This document shows, one piece after another, positions 51,701 through 63,700 of a stretch of DNA of 64,000 nt. The notes under the pieces are model-generated. The model did not search any database, was not told the origin of the DNA, and worked only from the letters and a program-made list of their open reading frames with translations. Origin of the DNA: Ascidiella aspersa (Eukaryota); contig OZ004609.1 in assembly GCA_963924565.1 (NCBI GenBank), positions 17,360,001 through 17,424,000 of the forward strand, given 5' to 3'. The position numbers were made by a program, and so were the translations under genes. Numbering within the stretch: the stretch's first letter is position 1; each line of letters begins with the position of its first letter.

Positions 51701-54700
51701 CGCTCTACCATACGCTTAAAATATTTACCTAAATTGTTAGAATTCACTCATTGCTTTAAAACCTTGTATTACCCCCATTTCGTGCTAAGAGTGTGTTTTT
51801 AAACAGAACTGCCGCTACCTCAAAACGTCACACTTCTGACACAATACTACATGGACACGGAAGCTGAACTGGATTGGCGACCGGTCGAGGCGGCTGAGTT
51901 CTACAAACTTGAGGTACATACTGTGTAAGCCCTGCTCTTCAAACTGTTAATCAAAAAGGTTACCAAACAGTACCCTAAAAAAGGTTACTTTGAAGGCACA
52001 GGTGTAAAATATTTTAATATATTTATCCTAATGCTATTAGATATACGGAGTACGGAACCTTAGTGCGGAGGTACAAGAGGTAGAAGATGCCGAACTTGCT
52101 GATGATGACGTTGAAGGACCAACTGAACTCACAGCAGCCAACAACCTCACAGTTCTGGTAAGGTGTCACTTTCGTAAAGCTTGTATATTCGTCTGTATAT
52201 GTTATACTGTCTGCAACGTTAAATTAACGCACTAAAAAGTTAATCACCATTAATGAAATGCCCATTTAACACTGGGGTATTTCTAGATTCGACAAAGGGT
52301 AAATGACTTCCATTACCACACAGTCAAGGGTTTAAGTCCAAGTACTCCATACAGAGCCGCTGTGCAAGCGTTTAACGAAGATACTTACAGTTTCAAAGGC
52401 ACCCTTGACTTCCTAACTAAATGTAAGTAAAATTCTGCAAACTGCACGCGATGTTAATCGTTGTCTAACATGAGTTTTCCACTTGTAACATAGCCCCATG
52501 TTCCGAGGACTATCACCACTTTCCCAACACTCATCTCTCACAAACTCTGCCCCTGAGAACAATTTTCAACTCGACCGCCAAGCAATGTCTCCAACTTTGT
52601 TGCGATGAACGTTCTTTCGAATGTGTGTCCGTGTCACTTCACCGAACCACCTCAGCTTGCCTTTTGTTCGCCGAAGATCGCAACACAGCTCCACCACTCG
52701 CCATTAGTAGGGTAAATATGGATTTAAACATTGTAGTTGTTATGGTAAACCCGGACCAAATGTTTTCACCTTTTGATCTTGCTTTTATCGTTGTAACATA
52801 GTGAGATGTATTTTGTACAGACTTATGACCACTACGAGCGAAAGTTCTGGCAGGAAGTATCAGGATTCCAAATCAGGTCGATCACTCACAACAACGTCGC
52901 TGTGATGAACGAAACAGTTGAACTTACACTGACAGTAAGATTTCTTACGCTTTTAAAATTAGCCACATGGACCTATAAGTTATGTATTATTACAGTTTGT
53001 GTACCTTGGAAAGGGCGGTTGTGTGGCTTGGGACTTTGGTGACGGCGGTACGGCATACCATTCTATTCTGGACAGCAACTGTTCTCATTTTTGCAAAAAT
53101 AGTGCGGATGTCAATTGTACAGTGATCAACGCTGACCCAAACAACAACCAGAATAAAATTAAAATCAGGTAACGACCTCCGATTTAGTTTTCATAAAGCA
53201 TATATTAAAACTCATTTATCGTTAAGCAGAAGTTTTAATATAATAAATGAAGCGTGATATTTGTATAAAATTAGTCAAAATAAACTTGCAATACTAATAA
53301 TACACAAACATTAAATTAATAAGTTTTAACCAAATGGAATTTAACTATTAAGTTTTGCGCATAAACTATATGCTATTTAGTATCACTTAAACTTAAAGTA
53401 ACCTCAACTTTTTATGATTTAACTAATTTACCATAGTGTTTAAAATATTTGCTTCATTAATCCCCAAAAATGCATTTTTCTTGATTTCCGTGCATATAGT
53501 CACGACTACGACATGGAAACGATATTCAAGGTGGTTGTAAATGTTACTTACTTGGACTCTTACGAAGTTTCAACAGTTAATGTCGCTATCAACCGAAGAG
53601 GTTGTATATTTCCTGGAATCATTATAGAAGAAGAGGGAAAGGTAAAATTATAAGAAAAAAACAAAAAAAACTTGATTATATGTTATTGTAACATTGTCGA
53701 GTGATTTCGGTAAATTGCTGTTTTGTATGCTGTTTCTTGCTTGTAGAATAAAAATGACCCAAAGAGGATCTTTCGCTCTCACAAGATGCTGATGTCGGCC
53801 ACTCCGAATATCGTGTGTAACAAGTTCCCAGGTGTCCAGTTCATTTGGGGCGCAGTCAGTTTTGCGGGTAAATGTCCTTCAATTACATAACGTATATATT
53901 GTTGTAATTACTTTATTAAAACCTATACCCTACTATAGCACTGAAATGCCCGCCATGATTTTGCATTCTTAGTTAACGTACCTGAAAACGAAGAAAAGGG
54001 TGGTTGATTTTTAGTCGAATAAGACAAATTTAGTAATACAAAAACCTGGTCTAAATTTGATTTGCAGAGGATGGAATCACCCCCACAAGTAGCTTTCCTT
54101 TGACTGCCCTTGGTTCTGAGATTATGGTTCCCGCCCTCACATTTCCACTGGGCTTGTACCGAGTATCTGTGGCAATTACTGTCTTAGATGACGAGCAGGA
54201 CCTTACCGATGTAGATGCCATATACGTGCAGGTTGAAGCGTCGCCTCTAGTTGCTCGAATTAAGTAAGTAAAAAACAGTGATTTTTAAAAACCCTTGCCG
54301 GTTTGCAAATAGTTTCTAGAGTTTATCTGCATAGTGTTTTTTATTGATTAAGATTAGAATAGAAAATGGAATTTAAACGTATTCCACCGTGGAGAGGACG
54401 AGGGCATTGTGAGCCGATTATATTTTTATGGATTTGGATCCTATCCCTTCTTATGTAAAAATCATCGTTGTGGGCTACTTTTTTTAAACATAATACGTTA
54501 ACGTGGAATGCATTATGTTCCAGGGGCGGTTCGATGCGTACCGTTGGAGCAAAGCGTATAGTGACGTGGGACGCAGCGTCTGAGTCTATCGACCCTGACG
54601 TTGTTGGAAATCGACGGAAAGATCTCACGTTCGACTGGTTCTGCCAGAACTACACGGACACCAAGTCAGGATATCTACAATTAATTTAATCGCTTGTCTA

Positions 54701-57700
54701 AGTAAAACTTAAAAAGTGTTCAAATCCAAGCACTATTTGTTAGGAAACAATATTTATAAAGAAAACTTCGTTTCAAGCCTTTGAAACTTTGTTTTAAGCC
54801 ATTTAACTTATTAATATTCATCCTAATTTACCACATACGAGAAACCAGGTAGCCTATTAATAAACTGGCGTAAGAGTTATAGGCGGTTTCACAATAAACA
54901 CTAACTTTAGGTAATTTTTATTTCTCAGATTCTTTCTCCTGGAATCAGGAAGCTGCTATCAGGATATGAGTCAACTAACTTTCTCTGGTCCAGGAGTATT
55001 TAGTCTTAACACGAGTCTCATGGAATTATATGTGGAGTACCAGTTCAGGGTTGTTGTCAGAAAAGGTGACAGGAAAAGTTCTTTCAAGCAACAAGTCATT
55101 GTTAAGGAGGGCGATCCTCCAGATTTTCAAATCAAGTGAGTTTTTTGTTAATAGTACACTACGCTTTTTGTTTGTTTTAAATCGGTTGTACAAATTACGC
55201 AAAGCCCAAAGAGATACATACAGTTTATCGTGAATGAAATTTTAATGGTGGTATATCCAACTGACACCGTATAGATATTTCAAGTGGTGTATTATAATCG
55301 CGAGAACAGTGTTTATAGTTTTGCTAATCATATAGGCGTATATGTAGTTACATAGATTTCTTTCGCGCTTAGTGCTGTCGTCTTTAGCTTAATTAGTACC
55401 ATCATTTCAGCATTATCCAATCAATAGGTTTTGGAATTATTTTTATAGACAAATTTATGAATGTTTAAAACCGTATTTTCGCATTTTGATCAGATGCGGT
55501 GAGAACTGTAAGGAGAAAATGAACCCGACCCAGGTCCTGGCGTTACAGGCTGTGTGTTACAACTGCAAGGCACGACGTTATCCTGAATATAAGTGGAGTT
55601 TGTTTGAACTTATATCTGAGGAGAAGAACGGAACAAGTAACAACTCTACCACTGGTGTGATAGCAAACTTTTCCATTATACAACAAACATAAAGCCAGTA
55701 TCAAAATGCAGTTAATGAAAGATACACACACATATGTGTTCAACAACTGTGATCTAGCCTTTCTGAAGCTGCTTTTTGACCAACGATTACGGCTTACGTA
55801 TCTTTAGTACACCGTGATGGCTTTCGGTGTACTAAAATGCAGTTAATGCGAAATTTAATCGTTTTCAGTAGCATTTTTATATTTATTTCAGTATAGATTG
55901 TGATTGAGTAAAAAATTTATAAGCCTACTAATGTTTCAAGTGGAAATACCATTCCTCCATTTGTACCAACCTGACTTCTAAATTAAAGGCATGTCTGTAA
56001 CATCTATATTTTTCTCTAAATCTCAATAAACATGCGAAATTGTGCGAATAACAATTTTTACCATCAGATTTATTTTATTAAGTGTGCGTTCATGCACCTC
56101 TTTTTTCCATGTATACAATGCACTATTTTATAGTATTTGTAGCACTGTTGAAATTTTCGAAGATTTTTTAAATTTGTTGACTTGTATAAGGTCTTATGTG
56201 TTTTTACTTTTCAGCTTCAGGAAAGCGGGGACCTGGAAAAGTCACTTACGTTGAAATAGTAAGTTGTTCGGTCTGATTAAAAGTGTCACCCACGACAGCA
56301 CAAAAAAATGTCGTAGTATCGTTACATTGACAATTTTCGTAGTTTGACTGGGAGAACAACTCGACCACCGGTGCGAACAAAACGGTTGTAGTTTTGAATC
56401 AGAACGCGCTCGTGGGTGGGCGCGAATACGTCATGCGAATCAACATTTCAATGGACGGCTTCGACGACCGGGTTTACAGCTTCTCTGAGTTTCGATTTAT
56501 CACCAACCTTCCGCCATACGGTGGCGAATGTACAACTGCTGCATCAGTAGGTAAGAAATGAGAACTATTGGCAAATAACGATGAAATACCTTACATTGCT
56601 AAACAAAAGCTATACGTACGTCCGTCGTTCAGTAAACATCGGTCCAAGCTTAGAATTTAAATAATGAAATTTCAGTTTTAAAACTTTTTTTGAACATTGC
56701 ACCTATTGTCTTATAAAGTTGATTTAAATCTCATGTGAATGAGAGACTTGTTATTAAATTAGCGTGATTGTCGCCAACGAAAATATTATCCTTCTGGCTT
56801 TTTTTTGGTTTTGCTTGTTGAACTCAATATGCGCAAATTATGCGAATGATTTAATGCTAGCCAAGATTTTAATGTTATTTTTCATGCACTTCAGGAAACT
56901 GTCACGATTTCATTCCTTACCGAAGTCAGCGCCTGGCTGGAATCAGACCAAAGCAAAGACTTAATGACACTACAATGGAAAAATGCGCGCAGTATTGCTG
57001 TTTGACCAGGTTAGATACTTAAAAATACATATTTTTATGTTTTAGGTATAGCATATAATATTACACTTTCACTGTTTATAATGCAGATATTTAGAACAGA
57101 TTCTGGTTTCAAATGTTTCGTATTAAAACCTAAAGTCGTACGCACCTGTCTGTATAGTTTTATCGAGCAGGGTTTTATTGTACATCCCTCCTATACCTAA
57201 CACACAATAAATTCAACACAACACATTCTTTTGAAACGAGGTATTTTTGGTGCTCAGCAAACCAGCATATTATCATTGGACGAACGCGGACAAACAATCT
57301 TGTCCATGTTCTTCGACAAACTATCGAGCAATCCAACACACGAGTTGCGCACCTCCCTGGCTACCAAGCGTAAACTGACCACTTCTTTTCCGTCCAGTTC
57401 CTCGAGTGCTCGCACGAAATCGCCGACACCAGGGCTTTTGACGAACTTACTTGCCAGATCAGCCCTGGTCAGGTAGTAAAGCGAAAGTGCCTGCAACAAG
57501 ATATTATGATAAATTGACTTAGCCCACGAAAACAAAAAGTTGATTTGTAAGCACTGTATGACTGCCAATCAGGCGGAAAGTTTGTGAGTTTGTATTCTGG
57601 ACAATGTAATGCGCCGTGGTAATGCAGACCACTGAAAGTTATTGTACACAAAAGAGTTATTGGGGGCTTACCACTTGACCAATATATTTGGGTGCCTTTA

Positions 57701-60700
57701 TCTACTGGTTTATGACAACACCTGGATTTGATCCTAACAAATAACGACATGTTGCACTGTACTACACCAATCATCTTCAGAAACCTGCAAAAATGCGGAA
57801 CTCTCTCCCTCGACCCGTCTCACTTCCTCGATCATGTCTCCCTGCACCTCTACGCCGAAATTGTTGCCGTCCTGCATGGCCGGTATCTGCAGCTGGACCC
57901 AGGCACGCACTGTGTTGCAGCACTCAGTAACAGCGCGCAGCTCCGGTTTGAGCACCTCTATCATACCACAGATGAGTGGGTTGCATTCTAGGACCGCCTC
58001 CGGGGTCGACTCTTCGTCACTGTCGCTCTTGTCACTGTCCTCCTCTTTTGGTAAGTTTCGCTTTCGGCGCTGCTTTTCGAGCTTTTGCTTTTTGCTTTTC
58101 GGTTCTTTGACCTGAGGTTTAAGACAGAGGGTGAAGGTTTTCGTTTGATAAAAAATTAACGTTGATGGCAGTATACAAACGGCGAAGCAAGTATTGGAAA
58201 GCCGATAACAAACACAAGTAGGCTAGTCTGTTTTGAACGTTTTTCACGCCAGGATCCTGACTGCAATCCATCATTTGTAGCCGCCAAAGATTCACGCCAA
58301 ATTTTTTTTCGGCTTAAATCCTACGCCAAAATAGGACAATATATAACCCAAAAAGGACAATTTTTAACAATTCAGTATGTGTTTGGACTGACTTTTTACT
58401 TTTGACGATTTACCATGCCTATAAATTGTTTTATGTTGCACTGAATATGTGAATAATAGAAATCACCTTGACCCTTGCAAGATAAATGTCGACCTTAATT
58501 CCTGATGAGTAACAGCAAAATAATCTAGCAAAGCTAGCAATTCAGGTCAGACACATTAACCAGATCTTAAAAAGATATATATATATTTCGCCAACTAAGG
58601 TATCGTCAGTATATCTTAATTCGAATTCGATTATTTTTTATTTTTTGCTGTATAAATTGTTTTGTAAGACTTTTGTCTTTTAAGGGTGTCTTTTAAGGGT
58701 AGGTAATATTCTATAGACTAACTTAAAAGTTTATCAAACTGGAAGCCCCGAAAGACCTACCTCCAACTCGGAATCCGAGTTAACAGGTGTGAAGTAGTGA
58801 TCGTCGCCGCTACTGGCGTTTTCTTCTTGAGCTGTTCGTTGTGACACCTGAGGCAGCGAACTCAGATCAATTTTGTCTTCATTGCTTTCCACATCCAACT
58901 TGAGTCTCCTGCAGCTTTTGCGTAAGTGCTCCTTTACTTGGAGTATGCTGGCGTCCGAGAACTGATCGCTGTTGAGAATAGAGTGGAAACGGCGACACAG
59001 GTCAGGCAGCCGATTTTCAAATAGGGCCTGAGCGTCTTCTCTTAGCCTGGAACTAAACTCTTCCATAACTCTCGTTTAATTTTATTCAAAGAATTGCCAA
59101 AAACATTTCCTTTTTTGCTGAGGCTTGGCAGCTATTGTTTTTTCGATTGTTACGCCATAGTTGTGAATACAATAATAAATTATAGGCATTTTTATTACTT
59201 GACTTATTTACATACACACAATATCAATATTGTGCAAACATTAGTTCCATCACGTAAATAATTTTAACATAAGATAACTGTTTCTACTGCAGTAATCATG
59301 TTTGTTGATTGCACAATATGTTAATAAGTAGAAGCGGAATTCAAATGAATGTAACCGAACCTGAACCTGTATTAAAAGGGGTTAACTTCAGTATGAAGTT
59401 TATGACCTAATGAGCTAATTTATACAATGTTTAAGGCTACATTTTTTTTTCTTGTTATATCAGACAATGACCAGGTGTCAAGGATAGCCTGCATAACTAT
59501 TTTTTTATCATTTATGATTTCTGCGTGTAACAAATTGCAGATGACCGGGTAACTGAAAAACGTAGTACCAAAGTCACAAGCGCGATTGACGGCGACCTTA
59601 CAGATGGATTTAAGAAAGTATTATAATTTAATTAGGTATAGGCTACTTTGTTACTTGCTTAAAAAGATTATCTATAACTTGTTAAAGTAGGTGATTTTCC
59701 GTTGCTTGGAGTTTTTACTAATTTGCCTTTAAAACATCAAATATTTTTAAAAATACAACCTTTCGAGGCCCACTTTTGTTTTGAAAGTATTCCGTGGCTC
59801 ACTTCTTAAAGTTCTGCTTAAATTGAATGTAATGTGTAAGAAATCAAGAGTACCGTACCTTAAAAATGTAAAAAGAAGAACATTTTTTAATAACCCACAT
59901 ATAACGCAACTGTTAGTGCGAAGCTTGAGAATGTACTGTAAAACGAACTAAAGAATTAAAGAATAAAACTAAAATTTTCACCAACTTTTTGTCCAAAATA
60001 CTTTATCCAAATGCACTGTGGCCCAACTCATGTTAAGAACCCGTGTCATAGAAGGTAAGCAAGGCACAAGGTGTGAGGGTTTAGGACTTTTTTGTGGACC
60101 ATTTTTTTACCAGGGGACGCCAACTAATTTCGAATAGCAGTTGTACTATCCGGCATAACTTTATAGAGTCTTCATGTGCCTTTCGGTATCCTTCAATCGT
60201 ATGACATCAGAATGTGAACTGTTTGATGAAAACAAGGAGTCAGCAAAGCGAGAACTAAAGTATGAGCCTCATGTAGACCACTTTCAACGACTTTTCTACA
60301 GAGGAGGAGCTGTTGTAGACGAGGTAAAATGACAAGCTGCTGTTTTTCATTAAAGCAAAACTCTACTGCAACTTTCTTTAAAGATCGTCCTTGAGAAATA
60401 TGAATTGCCACAAAGTATTAGGAATGTATTTGCTTCAACAGATCGTGTTTGAATGTCGCAACTGGAAAGACGAAGGAAAACTAAAGTCGTACCCGAAAGA
60501 AGGCGAGCGCCAGCCGAAAAGCACTCTCACTTACAAATTCACGACTCTACCACAGTCAAATCGAACTGAGCGTTTGTTGCTTTATTTTGGAAATGTGCTT
60601 ACTACCCCAGGTTCGCTTTTCTATTGATAATAGTCGGTAATGTGTAACAACTTGCTATGGCGAAAAAATATCCAAAAAAGAAGCATTGTGCCTAAGTGCA

Positions 60701-63700
60701 GTGCCTAAATCCTACATGCCAAATAGCAAATGACTTGGTTCAGTCTTAACATCAGGCCATTGGCAAGTTGGGCGTTGCGAAAAGTGGCTACTCGATCATT
60801 ACTGATATTATTTACCCGTTCATTTTGTAACCATATCTTTTGCATTTTGCGTGTTGTCTAACATACGTATTAATGTTAATTTTTTTTTTACTTTTTACAG
60901 GCATCTCGATGGCTTTGGGTGATTCCGCCGATGATTACGCCGTCACGGTCATCGTTCAAGTTTGTGACATGTTTGGGGAGTGCGCTCATTCTAACGTTAT
61001 ATACCTGCAGGTGATCTCAGAAACTAGGAATAATCTCTTTGACTACTCTATTTTAAGTTGAATGTTTTTTAGGGCGGTGCAAGCGACTTTCAGCTTTCAG
61101 TACCAAAAATGTAGGCTATACAAGTATACATACACGTTACTTAATCACTTTGTGAAAGATATAAGTTGTTTTCCAAGCAAGACAGAAAAAAACACGGACG
61201 AACTTCAGCGTATGTTTATTATGTTTAAAATAGGGTACAAGGTCAAATTTATTCTTGCGAAACATTGTTTTGTCGACTCATGTGCTGTATAAACACATAA
61301 AACTCAAACTTTAAAAACCAAATAAAAAGCATGATATATTCGTCTGTTTTTTACCCACTTTAGCCTTTTCCCGAGAGGAACAAAAGGATTTTCCTTTTCC
61401 GACACAATTTATTGCATTGTGTATAATATATCTTTATTCTCTGTAGTATCCCGTTTCTTTGTCAAAATTGCCTGAATTTTAATTTATTTTTTGATATTGC
61501 CCTTCGGGGTTAATTATTCACAGAATAAAAAACACCGATTTAAATAAATTAATATATTGCCACAGTAGCAACAATATTTTCTGTAAAATTTAAAATATGC
61601 ATGGAATCGCGATAAACAAACAAACGTAAATAAAAAAGACCATATAAAACAAAAATGCAATAGCATGACCAAACGGATCTAAAAAGCAAAATGGTTGAAA
61701 CAACAATCCACAATTGGTGGACAAAAAAACTGAACTTTACTGAGATTTTCAATATATTTGTTTAATTGGTAAATATGTTAACGCTATTATCCTGCTGAAG
61801 GAACGTATTAAAATTTTATAATATTTTTAATAACTACGAGTGTTTTTGTATTTCTAAAGGTTGTGCCGCCCAACTCCAACAGCATGGGTGCAACGTTGTC
61901 GGGCATAACGAGTGGAAACGCAAGCAAGCTTGCTATTCTATCAGACACTGGAAACAGCAAGGCAGCCGCTCAACTTGTGCAGTCAATATGTAATGCTAAT
62001 ACATAACTGTTTTGGCTTACCGCTCTAACTAAGCAATACCGTTGTAACAAACGTGTTTAATTTGTGTTGTGTGTTCCTTATTTCTACTTTACTTTATTAG
62101 AAGTATTGTGCGTTTGCTATATATGATACCAGGATGTTTTAGATGTTGATATGTTACTAAATTAGGGTGTGAGGTGTTGTTTCCGTGTTTTGAAGTGTTT
62201 CTATTTATCGCTGTTTTTTTTTCTTTACCCAGCCTCAATTATTAATGTGGACGACGATGAGATTGACGCTGTGATGAGCAACTACTCTGTAAACTTTACG
62301 AGTACCTTGGCCTTCACGACCACAGCAGCCCCCATCACGACATTAGCTACACCTACAACAGTCGCTTACCTCGGAAATGGGTCGAGAAACGGGTCGGCGC
62401 GGATCGATAAAAACGATAAAAAACAAGTAAGTATTTTTTGTTGTTGTACAGATAAGCGAACTATCGCATCTTTAAGAAAGGCATTTTGAAAACATGGTAG
62501 TAGGCTATTTGTGTAGAATTTAGAAACTTTAAGGGTTCCCTAAAACAGATACCGTGTGCCTTGTCGGTGGTATTATATTTGAGTTGCACTTGGCGCAAAC
62601 TCATATTAAAAGTAATTTACAAACACTGGATGCACGCTTTGAAGACTGGTCGTAGGTCGTTGCATTGTTTGATGACAATAATTGCAGAGGACGCTATTTG
62701 TCTGTAAAGATCGCGTGGAACTTACACGAAAGACAGAAGAGATTCGATTTAACAATTTCTGTGTTAATATTTAAAACCGTTAAAAATCGAAACTGGTGGG
62801 GTCATGACTAAACCCGTCCCTGAAAAAAGTGTTTACGATATACCCAATCATGTAAAAACTCCCACTTGTTTTTGCTTAGCTTGGGTATCTGTTTAAGGGG
62901 TCGCAACCGCGTGAGTTCTTGTTGTTTGCAAAGGCTTCTGGTCAGATATGCTACCTGTCATAACCCAACTAAAATTCAAAAGTATATTGTTACAACGAAT
63001 TAAAACGTTATTAAATAGCATTAGTGAACGTTATTTTCAAGTTAATGTGAGACAGGCAGCCACCGCCTATTGCAGCGACTTCGCAAAAGACTTCTCTAGA
63101 AAAAAGCTCAAAGCCGCTAAGAAACGACATGTATATAGCCAATACGTAGGAAAAAAAAGTACACGAAAGTTACGTTATATTTGGCCAATAAGACTGGCCG
63201 GCACTCTAAAACATGGCTTAGGCATTACAGCGGCCATTCTAAGGCCAATTTGCAGCGGGAGTCAGACGCCAGCAAAACAAGTGGCTTGTGTTGCAGAACG
63301 TGAGAACACTGCCTGCAAGACTGACAGTTATAGATTACGAGATTAAAGGTTACATGTCAAGTTTGAAACGAGGCGAACTGAAGCAGGAAAACACAGGAAT
63401 TTTACACACAACAATACGGAAAACTTTGCATCATCAAATATGATATGTAACTGAAGAACATATTTGGCAAACGAAAGCTGAAACGTGTAATCTAAAACCC
63501 TATTTATCACATCGTAAAATAACTTAATGAACTCTAAGATTTGGCTTATGGCAATTAATTAATTTGGGTGTTTAAGTGTTGATAAACACGTAACAGTATC
63601 TTCAGAAAAATAAGCCGCGGGCCGTATGCTGCCCAGGTCTGCTATATAGGTTTATAATGTAAACTGTTGCTACCAATGACAATAATCATAATAATGATAA

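Noticed and set aside
59541-59617. Exon-like open segment (ag|at gac cgg gta...aag aaa|gta) in the PA28-containing intron
   Set aside because: Its phases (1 to 0) are incompatible with the flanking phase-2 junction. Exons ending at 57009 and starting at 60167 join directly to complete the PAN domain.
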